A DNA stretch of 64,000 bases from Dehalococcoidia bacterium (GCA_963665775.2 CAXXTF010000002.1:1408001-1472000); one strand, 5' to 3'. Positions 1 through 13,154 are shown, numbered from the stretch's first letter. The notes: a model not told the origin generated them from the letters alone. A program made the numbers and translations.

Positions 1-879
1 CTAGCCCTGGCCACCCTGGAGGCCTATCGCAAGTACGATTGGGACCTTATCAAGGTGAACCCTCGGGCCTGCTACTACGCTGAAGATTGGGGCTCTCGTT
101 TCCGCGCTTCCGGCCAGCCCGACCGCGCGCCGGAGCTCATCGAGCCAGCCATCAAATCGCCGCCAGAACTGCGCCGCCTAGAACCTCTGGACGTCAGCCG
201 GGGTGCCTACGGTCAGCAGGTGGCGGCGCTGTCTGTCATCGCCCGAGAGCTGGCGGCTGAGGTGCCCTTTATCCAGACCGTATTCTCGCCCCTGGCGGCG
301 ATGACCCGCCTCTGCGGCTCGACTGCTCGAGTCCAGGAGTTCATGCGCGAACACCCGGACGATCTTCTGTCCGCTCTGGGAGCTGTTACCGACACCATTT
401 TTGCCTACGCTGCCGCCTGCCGTGATGCCGGCGCCGCCGGAATCTTCTTCGCTACCGTGGAGTGGGGCTCCGCTGATGTAATCTCCCCTGAGGCTTACGA
501 CCGGTTCGCCCGGCCCTTCGACCTGCGCGTGCTGGAGGCGGTTCGGGACGCGCCCCTTAACATCCTTCACATCTGCCGTCAGAACAACCACCTGCGCCGT
601 CTCCTGGATTATCCCGTCCACATCTTCCATTGGGCTGCCGACTCTACGTCCAACCCCTCCCTCGCCGATATCGCTGCCAGCACCGGCGGCGCCGTCATGG
701 GCGGCGTCGCCGTCGACTCGATGGGCGCGGACGGCTCCCCAGCCAACGTGGCCGCCGCAGCCCGTCGCGCCATCGAGGAGACCGAGGGGCGCCGCTTCCT
801 TCTGGCTCCCGGCTGCTCCATCAGTCCGCAGAGCCCGGAGGCGAACCTGCGCGCCCTTCGGGAGGCCACCCGGTTATGA
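1..879 (+). CDS. Uroporphyrinogen decarboxylase (URO-D/MtaA-CmuA) family protein, 5' end outside window
   Basis: Frame is open from base 1; motifs QTVFSP, GAAGIFF, LHIC, VMGGV and FLLAPGCSI fit the URO-D TIM barrel. Confidence 0.8.
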   Translation, partial: LALATLEAYRKYDWDLIKVNPRACYYAEDWGSRFRASGQPDRAPELIEPAIKSPPELRRLEPLDVSRGAYGQQVAALSVIARELAAEVPFIQTVFSPLAAMTRLCGSTARVQEFMREHPDDLLSALGAVTDTIFAYAAACRDAGAAGIFFATVEWGSADVISPEAYDRFARPFDLRVLEAVRDAPLNILHICRQNNHLRRLLDYPVHIFHWAADSTSNPSLADIAASTGGAVMGGVAVDSMGADGSPANVAAAARRAIEETEGRRFLLAPGCSISPQSPEANLRALREATRL

Positions 880-1814
880 GCGTGGCCCTGCTCCGCGGTG
901 AGCTTTCGCGCGTCGCCCCCGGGCGCCCATGCGCGGTGACTATCGGTGTCTTCGATGGTGTCCACAGGGGCCACCAGCACCTGGTGGCGCTCCTCCTGGA
1001 GCGCGCCCGGCGGGACGGGCTGGCCAGCGTGGCCCTGACCTTCAACCCTCATCCTCGCGCCGTCATCCGGCCGGGCACCGCCATCTCCTACCTCGCCTCG
1101 GTGGAAGAGCGGGTTGAGCTGTTGCAGGCCCTGGGCCTCGATGCGGTGGGAGTCCTCCCGTTCACGTCGGAGGTGGCGCAGCTCTCAGCCTGCGACTTCC
1201 AGTCTCTCCTGGTGGAGCAGCTGGAGATGAAGCTCCTCGTCGTCGGTCCGGACTTCGCCCTGGGCCGCAACCGGGAGGGCAGCGTTGGCGTCCTGCGCGA
1301 TATCGGCGACTCCCTGGGCTACCGGGTCGAGGTCGCCGCCCTTCTGGCCCAGGACGGCGAGAAGGTTGGCTCCTCCTCGGTGCGCCACGCCCTCGCTCAG
1401 GGAAACCTGGAGCAGGTAGCCGGTCTGCTGGGCCGGACCTTCTCCCTGCGCGGCCCCGTCGTCATGGGCGCACGCCGAGGCCGCACCATCGGCTTCCCTA
1501 CCGCGAACATAGCCCTCGGCCCGGACCGGGCCACTCCCTCCTTCGGCATCTACGTAACTCGGGCCTACCTCCGCGACGGCGTCCGGCCCTCCTGTACCAG
1601 CATCGGGGTCCGACCCACCTTCGACTCCGACGCCAGCCCCACGGTGGAGACCTACATTCTCGATTTCGATGGTGACCTCTACGGCCAGGAGCTGCGTATC
1701 GACCTCGTCCACCGGCTGCGCGACGAGCTCAAGTTCGATTCCGTGGACGATCTTGTGACCGAGATCCGCCGCGATGTCCAGAAGACGAGGGACTACTTCC
1801 GTGAGCACGGCTAA
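876..1814 (+). CDS. ribF: Bifunctional FAD synthetase / riboflavin kinase
   Basis: TIGVFDGVHRGH, TFNPHP, GRTIGFPTAN, GVRPTF, LRDELKF; ATG at 876 overlaps the upstream TGA. Confidence 0.95.
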   Translation: MSVALLRGELSRVAPGRPCAVTIGVFDGVHRGHQHLVALLLERARRDGLASVALTFNPHPRAVIRPGTAISYLASVEERVELLQALGLDAVGVLPFTSEVAQLSACDFQSLLVEQLEMKLLVVGPDFALGRNREGSVGVLRDIGDSLGYRVEVAALLAQDGEKVGSSSVRHALAQGNLEQVAGLLGRTFSLRGPVVMGARRGRTIGFPTANIALGPDRATPSFGIYVTRAYLRDGVRPSCTSIGVRPTFDSDASPTVETYILDFDGDLYGQELRIDLVHRLRDELKFDSVDDLVTEIRRDVQKTRDYFREHG

Positions 1815-3084
1815 GGCTCGCGTCCCGACCGACGAGGAGTTTCGCTGGATCACGACTCGCGCCGTCGCCGAGATCATCCCTCACGAGGAGTTCGTTAAAG
1901 CGCTGCGCTCTGGCCGTCGTCTACGCCTGAAGATGGGGTTCGACCCCAGTGCGCCGGACCTCACCCTTGGCCACACCGTCGGCCTGCGCAAGCTGCGCCA
2001 GCTCCAGGAGCTCGGGCACACGGTCGTCATCATCGTCGGCGATTGGACGGCGCGCATCGGCGACCCCTCCGGGCAGTCGCGCACCCGCCCCATGCTCACC
2101 CCGGAAGAGGTCAAGGCTAACGCCGATACGTACCTGCGCCAGTTCTTCACGATCGTCGACCGCGAACTGACGGAAGTGCGCTGGCAGAGCGAATGGTTCG
2201 ACGAGTTCACGCTCGCCGAGGTCGTTCGCCTGGCCGCCAAGTTCACCGTCTCCCAGATGCTCCAGCGGGACGACTTCGCCGACCGGTTCGCCGCCAAGAA
2301 GCCGATCGGCATCCACGAGTTCCTCTACCCCCTCCTCCAGGCCTACGACTCCGTGGCCGTGGAGGCCGACGTGGAGTTCGGCGGCACCGATCAGAAGTTC
2401 AACCTGCTCGTCGGTCGCGAGCTGCAGGCCGACCGCGGACAGCCTTCACAGGCCGTTTTCCTTGTGCCCCTCCTGGTCGGCACCGACGGCAAGATCAAGA
2501 TGAGCAAGTCGTTGGGCAACTACATTGCCGTGGACGATCCGCCCCACGACATGTACGGCAAGCTTATGTCCATCCCGGACGCCCTGATCTCCGCCTACTT
2601 CGAGCTTCTCACGGACGTTCCGGACGAGGAGCTTGCGGTCATCCGTGCGTCTATCGAGAAGCACACGACGAACCCCATGGAGCACAAGCTGCGCCTGGCC
2701 CGGGGGATCGTGGAGCAGTTCCACGGCGAGGAGGCAGGGCAGGCGGCGGCAGCGGAGTTCGAGCGGGTTTTCCGAAAGCGGGAGTCGCCGGAGGAGATGG
2801 TTGATCTCCCCCTGAACCAGCTGCCAAGGGCCAAAAGGAGTCCGAGTGCGGAAGGGGCGGGTGTTCAGTTATATGACCTTGGTGCCGCACTTTGGCGTTG
2901 TGGCTTCGCCCCCAGTAACTCTGAGGCCAGAAGACTTATCAAGCAGGGGGCAGTTGAGATCAACGGGGGGAAAATCAGCTCCAACGTGATCTCTCTAGAA
3001 TCAGGAATGGTCATCCGCGTGGGCAAGCACCGCTTCCTGCGCATCGTGGACGCCGATTCGAGCCAGGGGAGACAGCGGACCTAA
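1801..3084 (+). CDS. tyrS: Tyrosine--tRNA ligase
   Basis: KMGFDPSAPDLTLGH, YPLLQAYD, GGTDQKFN, KMSKS and a C-terminal S4 domain; GTG start at 1801 inferred. Confidence 0.96.
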   Translation: MSTAKARVPTDEEFRWITTRAVAEIIPHEEFVKALRSGRRLRLKMGFDPSAPDLTLGHTVGLRKLRQLQELGHTVVIIVGDWTARIGDPSGQSRTRPMLTPEEVKANADTYLRQFFTIVDRELTEVRWQSEWFDEFTLAEVVRLAAKFTVSQMLQRDDFADRFAAKKPIGIHEFLYPLLQAYDSVAVEADVEFGGTDQKFNLLVGRELQADRGQPSQAVFLVPLLVGTDGKIKMSKSLGNYIAVDDPPHDMYGKLMSIPDALISAYFELLTDVPDEELAVIRASIEKHTTNPMEHKLRLARGIVEQFHGEEAGQAAAAEFERVFRKRESPEEMVDLPLNQLPRAKRSPSAEGAGVQLYDLGAALWRCGFAPSNSEARRLIKQGAVEINGGKISSNVISLESGMVIRVGKHRFLRIVDADSSQGRQRT

Positions 3085-3139
3085 AAACTACCTAGCTGCC
3101 GGCTTCCTGCGGCTTACGCTATAATGTAGCGGCCTGCTC

Positions 3140-3574
3140 ATGCCTATCTACGAGTTCCACTGCAATAGCTGCCAGCGCCTGACCTCCGTGTTCAGCCGCA
3201 GCGTCGGCTCGCCGGTGGCCGCCGCCTGCGAGCACTGCAGCTCCGACGACCTCTCGCGCCTCATCTCCCGCACCGTGCACCTGAAGGGTGAGGCCAAGCG
3301 TATCGCCGAAACCGACGCCGGGCGGCTCATGGGCGGCCTCGATAACCAGACCATGCCAGACCGCGGCGAATTCGCCCGCTGGGCCCGGAAAATGGGCGGC
3401 GAACTGGGCAGCGAGATGGGGGCCAAGTTCCGTGACCTGTCGGACAAGGCCGAGGCCGGCGAGGACCCGTTGGAGCGTGTCGATCCCTACCACACCCTCA
3501 ACTATGCCCTCCAGGAGGGCGCTGACCAGGCCGGCGGAGACGCGGCGGACTCCGATGGCGCCGACGACGAATGA
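3140..3574 (+). CDS. FmdB family zinc-ribbon protein (copy 1)
   Basis: MPIYEFHCNSC...CEHCSS..LSRLIS signature; acidic C-terminus; TATAAT at 3120-3125. Confidence 0.85.
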   Translation: MPIYEFHCNSCQRLTSVFSRSVGSPVAAACEHCSSDDLSRLISRTVHLKGEAKRIAETDAGRLMGGLDNQTMPDRGEFARWARKMGGELGSEMGAKFRDLSDKAEAGEDPLERVDPYHTLNYALQEGADQAGGDAADSDGADDE

Positions 3575-3589
3575 CCCACCGTCTCGACT

Positions 3590-3955
3590 ATGCCTATCTA
3601 CGAGTTCCGCTGTAACCGCTGCCGGCGCCGCACCTCTGTGTTCAGCCGCAGCATCAGCTCGCCGGTGGCCGCCGTCTGCGAGCACTGTGGCTCCGACGAC
3701 CTCTCACGCCTCATCTCCCGCGTCGCCGTTCTCCACTCGGAGGACGACATCTTCTCGGGCCTCGACGAGTCCAGCCTGTCCGATATCGATGAGAACGACC
3801 CCCGCTCCGTCGCCCGTTGGGTCCGCCGCATGAGCCGCGAGAGGGGCGAGACGATGGACGCCGATATGGAGGGGGACCTGGAGCGCATGGAGGCTGGCGA
3901 GATGCCCGACGAGTTCGGCGACGATGAGGCCGACGATACCTTCGCCGAGGACTGA
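3590..3955 (+). CDS. FmdB family zinc-ribbon protein (copy 2)
   Basis: MPIYEFRCNRC...CEHCGS..LSRLISR; 5' part nearly identical to copy 1 at DNA level. Confidence 0.85.
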   Translation: MPIYEFRCNRCRRRTSVFSRSISSPVAAVCEHCGSDDLSRLISRVAVLHSEDDIFSGLDESSLSDIDENDPRSVARWVRRMSRERGETMDADMEGDLERMEAGEMPDEFGDDEADDTFAED

Positions 3956-3957
3956 CC

Positions 3958-4128
3958 ATGCCCACCTACGAGTTCAGATGTCAGGGCTGCGGCCACCTCA
4001 GCAGCGTCATCACCAGGAGCGTCGGCGCCTCGTTCGAGGAGTACGAGGTAGAGCTGCCAGAAGAGACCCGCGAGATGATAGACGCCGCCCGCGAAGGCGC
4101 GTTCCCAGGGCCGCTAAAGGAGCTGTAA
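3958..4128 (+). pseudogene. Third FmdB paralog, 56 aa, internally deleted
   Basis: Hand translation MPTYEFRCQGCGHLSSVITRSVGASFEEYEVELPEETREMIDAAREGAFPGPLKEL; second CxxC is absent. Confidence 0.65.
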
Positions 4129-4181
4129 GGCGTGAGCGTACCCCGCCCTGGGGCTAAGCGTTAAGGCTGTAGGGGTCTAAT

Positions 4182-5036
4182 GTGGCGCTTTCTTTCCGGT
4201 TCCTACCCGCAGTCGTTCTTGCTGCCACGGTTGCCCTGGTCGCCTGCGAAGACGGCGGTGAGCTCCCCGCCGCGTCAACGCCGAGCCCGACGGCTACGGC
4301 GAGGCCGACGCCGAGTCCTACCGCTACGGCGAACCCGACGCCGAGCCTAACAGTGGCCGCTACGCCGTCACCTACGCCTAGCCCGACGCCGATCGAGATC
4401 GAGGGCATGGAGGGATTCCGGGCCTTTGCCGCGCAAATGGACAGGGCTATAGCGACAGCGGACGTGAAGTTCTTTCTGGACAACGTCACCTTCGAAGACC
4501 TGGACTGCGACGACGCGCATGTGGCGCCGGACTCCTGCTTCCGGCTGGAGAACGATCCCTTGAAGGGCGTAGTAAGGGTAAGGATCGAGTCGGTGGATAC
4601 CGTACCGGGCATCGGCCTGGGGGTGTGGACATCGGAGGGCTTCGGGCTGGATGCCGCTGGATACGAAGAGTTCATTCGGGAGTCCTTGACAGAGTTTGAT
4701 GCCGGGGCCTCCGACGCTTATGGAGATGCTAAGCCCCAGCTCTACGCATACGCCATCTTACGTCCTGAGTTCCAAAGCCCATCCACTACCCTGGAGACGA
4801 TCCAGGCTATCACCACCCGCATCGTTCCCGGCCCCGCGCCGAGGTTCCCTCCGCCGGGAAGAGGCGTTCTTATCGTTCATACTAGCTTCGATGGCCAGCG
4901 CTGGACCATTACCCGCTTAACGGTTACCCCATCGCCGTTTCTCTACCCGCCCACAGCGGCACTTCTTGACCCCACCACGCCGGAGGCGATAGACATCTTG
5001 CAGTACTGGGAACGCTGGGAGGGGAGCACGCCATGA
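4182..5036 (+). CDS. Lipoprotein with Pro/Thr linker, unknown function
   Basis: Hydrophobic signal, lipobox LVAC, TPSPT repeats. Confidence 0.75.
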   Translation: MALSFRFLPAVVLAATVALVACEDGGELPAASTPSPTATARPTPSPTATANPTPSLTVAATPSPTPSPTPIEIEGMEGFRAFAAQMDRAIATADVKFFLDNVTFEDLDCDDAHVAPDSCFRLENDPLKGVVRVRIESVDTVPGIGLGVWTSEGFGLDAAGYEEFIRESLTEFDAGASDAYGDAKPQLYAYAILRPEFQSPSTTLETIQAITTRIVPGPAPRFPPPGRGVLIVHTSFDGQRWTITRLTVTPSPFLYPPTAALLDPTTPEAIDILQYWERWEGSTP

Positions 5037-5671
5037 ACACGGACGGACTCAGCGAGATCATCGAATCTATCCGCCTCCACCTGGACGCCAAGCATCGCGC
5101 CAGGGAGCGGGCCCTCGCCCTCTCCCGCGATGTTATCCGTCTCTCGGCCAACGCCATCCGCGCCGTCCACCGCCGCGACTTCGACGCCGCCGAGAAGCTG
5201 ATCGCGCAGGGGCGGAGCAACCTGGAGCAGGTCGCCGCTGACCTGGCCGACCACCGCGATATCTTCCATGCCGGCTTCGTCCACGACGCCCAGAAGGAGT
5301 ACGCGGAGGCCTCCCTCACCCTGGCCGTGATCGCCGGTCGCCCCCTGCCCTCGGCGGACAGCCTCGGCATCATGGCGCCCGCCTACCTCAACGGCCTGGG
5401 CGAGACCGTGGGCGAGCTGCGCCGCCACCTTCTGGACAGCCTTCGCCAGGGCGACATCGGCCACTGCGAGGAGACGCTCGCGGCCATGACCGACATCTAC
5501 GACATCCTCGTGACGATGGACTACCCGGAGGCCGTCACCGGCGGCCTCCGTCGCACCACAGACGCCGTACGCGGCATCCTGGAGCGCACCCGCGGCGACT
5601 TCACCGCCGCCTACGTTCAGCGCAACCTTGAGGAGAAGCTGGACGAGTTCGGCAAGCGGCTGGGCGCCTAG
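5033..5671 (+). CDS. Prokaryotic translin/TRAX family protein
   Basis: RE.AL.LSRDVIRLS, QKEYAEA, YLNGLGETVGELRR and LRRTTD..R..LE match translin family motifs. Confidence 0.8.
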   Translation: MNTDGLSEIIESIRLHLDAKHRARERALALSRDVIRLSANAIRAVHRRDFDAAEKLIAQGRSNLEQVAADLADHRDIFHAGFVHDAQKEYAEASLTLAVIAGRPLPSADSLGIMAPAYLNGLGETVGELRRHLLDSLRQGDIGHCEETLAAMTDIYDILVTMDYPEAVTGGLRRTTDAVRGILERTRGDFTAAYVQRNLEEKLDEFGKRLGA

Positions 5672-5744
5672 GACCAGAACTCGTCCGTCTGGCGCTGGTC
5701 CGCCGCGAAGGACCGGACCCTCCTTCTGTTGCTGGCATCGGGCC

Positions 5745-6194
5745 CTATCGAATCTCCAGGAGCTCCACCTCGAAGATGAGCGTGGCGTTAGGCGGTATGG
5801 CGCCGCCGGCGCCCCTTTCGCCGTAGGCGAGATCGGGTGGGATAATCAGCCGTCGCTTGCCGCCCACCTGCATCGTGGCCACGCCTTCGTCCCAGCCCCG
5901 GATCACCCCGCCCAGGCCGATGGCGAAGGAGAAGGGCTGGCCGCTGTCCACAGAGCTGTCGAACTTCGTTCCGTCCTCCAGCCAGCCCGTGTAGTGCACT
6001 ACTACCGTCTGCCCCGTCTTAGGAGACTCGCCGTCGCCTGGCTGGATGTCAACGTACTGAAGGCCGCTGTCTGTCGTGATCGTTTCGTTCTGTGTCATGC
6101 CATCTCCTCCGCCGCAGGCGACCAGGACGATCGCGCCGACCGTCAGGATCGCCAACAGTGCTAACTAGGTATGTTGATAACGAATACCGCTCAT
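5745..6194 (-). CDS. FKBP-type peptidyl-prolyl isomerase lipoprotein; in-frame TAG in the signal peptide (alternative TTG start at 6155)
   Basis: [38 protein letters not shown]; ATG at 6194 reads [26 protein letters not shown] with TAG at 6165-6167. Confidence 0.9.
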
Positions 6195-6251
6195 CTCTTC
6201 GCTGCTCCTGATTGGCTCTCATTCTAGCGCCAGGAGCTGGAGAGCGCTATC

Positions 6252-6288
6252 TAAAACCCTTGTTCTAAACCTGGTATATTGCTATAAT
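6252..6288 (+). promoter_or_regulatory. Probable LexA (Cheo-type) box and extended -10 promoter of uvrA
   Basis: TAAAAC-CCTT-GTTCTA is one mismatch from GAAC-N4-GTTC; TG-c-TATAAT ends at 6288. Confidence 0.6.
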
Positions 6289-6322
6289 AGTCCGTTGAGC
6301 CGAAACTCCAGCGGAGGCCTTC

Positions 6323-9233
<2,911 letters not shown>

Positions 9234-9604
9234 CGGAGGCGATGGGACGGACGCAGATGAACCCGGACGAGGAGCAAGCGGTGGGCGGAAAGGCGGCCCG
9301 GCTCGTCGCCCTGCCCCGACGCAATCGAAACGACGTCGAAATGACATATGATCCCGCCCGACACCATCGTCGATCCATCCGCCTGCCTGCGTACGACTAC
9401 GCACAGGCCGGCGCCTATTTCGTGACCATTTGTACCCAGAACCGGGATTTGATGTTCGGTGAGGTGGTCAAGGGACAGATGATCTTGAACGGCCCAGGCC
9501 AAATGATCGAATCGGTATGGCGTGAATCGCCACAACACTACCCCGGCGTCGAGATCGATACGTTCGTGCTCATGCCTAACCATCTCCGCGGTGTCATCAT
9601 CTTG

Positions 9605-9666
9605 GTAGGGGCAGGCCCCCGTGCCTGCCCTGACAATCCAGGGCAACCACCGGGGGTTGCCCCTAC
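9605..9666. repeat. Inverted pair of GTAG-type REP hairpins inside the RAYT gene
   Basis: GTAG-GGGCAGGC-cccgt-GCCTGCCC followed by GGGCAACC-accggg-GGTTGCCC-CTAC. Confidence 0.75.
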
Positions 9667-9892
9667 GGGGACGATGTCGTTGCCGGATGTGGTACATCGG
9701 TTCAAATCGTTGACCACGGCCAGATATCGCCGCCAGATTCTCCATGGCCGTTGTCTGCCATTACCCGGTCGGTTGTGGCAGCGCAACTACTATGAGCGGA
9801 TCATCCGCGACGATGCAGAATTTCACCGCGTCCGCCGGTACATAATCGATAACCCTGCCCACTGGGAGGAGGACCCGGAGAACCCGAGCGTG

Positions 9893-9920
9893 GTAGGGAC
9901 GCACGGCCGCGCGTCCCTAC
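9893..9920. repeat. REP-like palindrome at the RAYT 3' end
   Basis: GTAGGGACGC-acggccgc-GCGTCCCTAC. Confidence 0.7.
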
Positions 9921-9954
9921 ATTCCGACCGTCAGCAACGCGGAGGCGCCCTCCC

Positions 9955-10485
9955 ATGACCCGCTTCGCCCTCCGCCTCCCGCAGCACCAGGCGCGCCTCG
10001 TCGCCCTGGCCGTCAGCCACCACCTGGCCCGCCCCGGCTCCGAGCTGGACGCCGATACCCTGGCCCCGCACACCCACGGCCTCGCCGAGCTGCCCGCCCT
10101 CCTAGACCCCCAGCTGGACGCCGAGACCGCCGCCCTCGAGCTCAGGCCGCTGCAGGTCACCCTCCTCTCCACCGCCCTCTCCGCCGTAATCAGCGAGCTC
10201 AAGATCTACTCCATCCTCGATACGATGGCCGGCGCCAGCGCCCGGCCTCGCTCCACCGCCGCCGGCTTCGACGACCGCCTGCGCACCCTTTTCCCGCAGG
10301 TCGCGGGCGACCCCGCCTACGCCTCGCAGTTGGCGGAGGACACGATCATGCTGCGCCGTCAGCTCCCCTCGCCCCGTGCTCAGGAGCTCCTGGAGAAGGA
10401 GCGAAAGGCCACCCGGGAGGCTGTCCGGGCCAGGAGGCCCTGGCACTTCTGGAAACGCTGGATTTCCGGCCGTCGCACCCCTTGA
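9955..10485 (+). CDS. Hypothetical protein
   Basis: 176 aa ORF with host-like GC3 bias; no recognised motif. Confidence 0.65.
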   Translation: MTRFALRLPQHQARLVALAVSHHLARPGSELDADTLAPHTHGLAELPALLDPQLDAETAALELRPLQVTLLSTALSAVISELKIYSILDTMAGASARPRSTAAGFDDRLRTLFPQVAGDPAYASQLAEDTIMLRRQLPSPRAQELLEKERKATREAVRARRPWHFWKRWISGRRTP

Positions 10486-10510
10486 CTTGCCTACTTCGCC
10501 GCGATAGCAT
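10482..10510 (+). promoter_or_regulatory. Sigma70-type promoter of the ferredoxin gene
   Basis: TTGACT-17 nt-TAGCAT. Confidence 0.55.
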
Positions 10511-10583
10511 GATTACAGATATGGAGTTGGGCATGTTTACACTTGCTATAGTTTCTAAATAGCCACCAGGGAGGGGCGGGTCT

Positions 10584-10874
<291 letters not shown>

Positions 10875-10894
10875 CTCTTACCCGTTCGCAAGTC

Positions 10895-10927
10895 AGAGGG
10901 CGACCCTCAACCAGGGGTCGCCCTTTC
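10895..10927 (+). terminator. Intrinsic terminator hairpin between ferredoxin and thiE
   Basis: AGGGCGACCC ... GGGTCGCCCT followed by TT. Confidence 0.65.
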
Positions 10928-10958
10928 GTCTGTTCTCTGATGGTCTCAGGCGTGGTGG

Positions 10959-11594
10959 CTAGACGCTTGGGAACCGAGCCGCGAGACGGCTCGCCGCCTC
11001 CCGCACGTCCGCTGCCGCCACCACCGCCGCGATCACCGATGCCATCTGCGCCCCCGCCGCCAGCACCTCATCGATGTTCGATTCGTTGATGCCGCCGATG
11101 GCGCACACCGGCACCGACACGGCCGCGCGCACCGCTCGCAGGGTGTCCAGCGTCGCCGGGCGGGTGTCCCGTTTGGAGCCGGTGGGGAACAGCCGCCCCA
11201 CGGAGACGTAGTCCGCGCCGTCCGCCTCTGCCCGCTGGGCCTCCTCTGGGTTGTTCGTGGAGCAGCCGATGATCATCGCCGGCGGCGTCAGCCTGCGAAC
11301 CGCCGTCACCGGCAGGTCCTTCTGCCCCAGGTGTACCCCGTGCGCCCCCACAGCCAACGCCAGGTCCACGTGGTCGTTCACGATGAACAGTGCGCCCCGC
11401 TCCTGACACAGGGATCGTAGCGCCTCTGCCATGGGGAGTTGCGTTCCCTTCTCCCGACCCTTGTCCCGCAGCTGGACGAGCCGCGCTCCGCCCTCGATGG
11501 CTTGCCGCGCCACCGCCACCTCGTCCCGGTCGCCCATGACCTCCGGGTCGATAATGACGTAAAGCCCGCGTAGCCTCTCTCGTGCGCCGATCAT
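10959..11594 (-). CDS. thiE: Thiamine-phosphate synthase
   Basis: VQLRDK, FIVNDHVD, GVHLGQKD, FPTGSK, AIGGI. Confidence 0.93.
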   Translation of the reverse strand: MIGARERLRGLYVIIDPEVMGDRDEVAVARQAIEGGARLVQLRDKGREKGTQLPMAEALRSLCQERGALFIVNDHVDLALAVGAHGVHLGQKDLPVTAVRRLTPPAMIIGCSTNNPEEAQRAEADGADYVSVGRLFPTGSKRDTRPATLDTLRAVRAAVSVPVCAIGGINESNIDEVLAAGAQMASVIAAVVAAADVREAASRLAARFPSV

Positions 11595-11730
11595 TACGGT
11601 TGACAGCCTCTGTTATCCTGAGCGAGATTACATCAAGGATATGGAGCCGGTATGAGCCCCGTTTAGCCGGGGTTAGCATGTCCGCCTCCAACCCGTTTGT
11701 TGAGGATGGTTCCTCGGCTAGAATAGTAGC

Positions 11731-12933
11731 ATGTCGGGTAACCCTTCGCGCTTCTTACGCCGCTACTGGTTGGCGATCGCCATTATCGCCGCCTTCACCC
11801 TCCTGTGGGCTTCCCTTTGGAGCGTCCGCGAGACGAGGGTGGGCCTGACCGCCGCGTTCATAACGTCCGATCTCTTGCTCGATCTTCCGGTTAGCCCCCT
11901 GAAGCTCATCGGTGACGAGCCCATACGGGAGGAGGTCTGGCTGGACGCCCCCGAGGGACGCGGCCGCCTGGTGGCCGACGTCTATCGCCCGAAGGACGGC
12001 GATGCCCACGGTGCCATGATTATCTCCGTAGGGGCTGCCCCCAAGATCCGCGATCATCCGGGCATCGTTCGCCTGAGCAATGCTGCCGCCAGGGCCGGCA
12101 TTGTGGTCATGATCCCCCAGCTCTACTATCCGTTTCCGGAGAATGTCCTGCCTGAAGATGTCGCGGGGCTTGTGGACGCCTTTGGCACTAATATCCAGGA
12201 GATAGTCGCCTCTTACCAGTGGCTAAGCGAGCAACCCTACGTGGACCCGGACCGAGTGGGGATCTTTGGCGCCTCCGCCGGTGGCGGCATAGCCCTTATC
12301 GCCGCCGCCGACCCCCGCATCAGCGACGATGTCGATTTCGTCGCCGCTCTCGGCACCTATTACGACATGGTGGACTTGGTCAACGCCATCACCACCGAGT
12401 CGATCTCCTATAACGGCGAGTCTGAGCCCTGGGAGCCCAGGGTCAGGACCGTCCGCGTCCTCCACCGTTCCCTCATCTCGTTCCTGCCCGAAACTAGTGA
12501 CCGCGACATCCTCACGCGCATTTTGGTCGATGGGGATAGCTCAGCCGAGAAGGACGTTCCGTTGCTATCGGACCTGGGTCGCGATGTCTACGATGCCTTC
12601 CGGGAAAAGGACACGGAACGCGTTCTGGCCTTCTGGAGCGAAATGTCTCCTCAAGATGTCAGTAACCTGCGCAATATCTCGCCCTCCACGACCATTGCTA
12701 GCTTTAACACCGACCTCTTCATCATGACCGACCGCAGCGATCCCTATATACCGTATGTAGAATCTCGCCGTCTCCGCGATGCCGTTCCCCAAAACGGTAA
12801 TCATACTTACTACGCCGAGTTCAATTTCCTGAACCATGTGGAGCTGAGCAGCCCCGGCAATCCCTTCGCCTTCCTGGTTGACCTAGTCAAGCTGATTTTC
12901 AATTCCTGGCTCCTGTTATTGCATGTTCTCTGA
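11731..12933 (+). CDS. Membrane-anchored alpha/beta hydrolase
   Basis: N-terminal TM helix; VDPDRVGIFGASAGG nucleophile elbow; candidate Asp (DPYIP) and His (NHV). Confidence 0.75.
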   Translation: MSGNPSRFLRRYWLAIAIIAAFTLLWASLWSVRETRVGLTAAFITSDLLLDLPVSPLKLIGDEPIREEVWLDAPEGRGRLVADVYRPKDGDAHGAMIISVGAAPKIRDHPGIVRLSNAAARAGIVVMIPQLYYPFPENVLPEDVAGLVDAFGTNIQEIVASYQWLSEQPYVDPDRVGIFGASAGGGIALIAAADPRISDDVDFVAALGTYYDMVDLVNAITTESISYNGESEPWEPRVRTVRVLHRSLISFLPETSDRDILTRILVDGDSSAEKDVPLLSDLGRDVYDAFREKDTERVLAFWSEMSPQDVSNLRNISPSTTIASFNTDLFIMTDRSDPYIPYVESRRLRDAVPQNGNHTYYAEFNFLNHVELSSPGNPFAFLVDLVKLIFNSWLLLLHVL

Positions 12934-13154
12934 TAGAACTGGCGCGGCGGCGGCCCAGCACGGTCTACCCCCGATCTAAAAGGAGAGCCCGTCCGCCCGT
13001 TGGCGGCGATGGTGGCTGGGTCAGGGGCCGTCGCCCAAGCTAACGCCTGGTCGGGACGCTCGGACGGTGCCACGCCAGGGTAGGAGGCCGCCGCCGTGAG
13101 CCAGCGGACCCGGCTTAGGCAGAACGACAGGGCGGTCCGGTGTCCCCGTCTCCG

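Larger units (their letters stand above)
9341..9958 (+). mobile_element. REP-associated tyrosine transposase (RAYT, Y1 HUH family), HUH motif altered
   Basis: HHRRSIRL..YDY...GAYFVTICT, MPNHLRG (normally HxH), LWQRNYYE.IIR, YI..NP..W. Confidence 0.88.
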
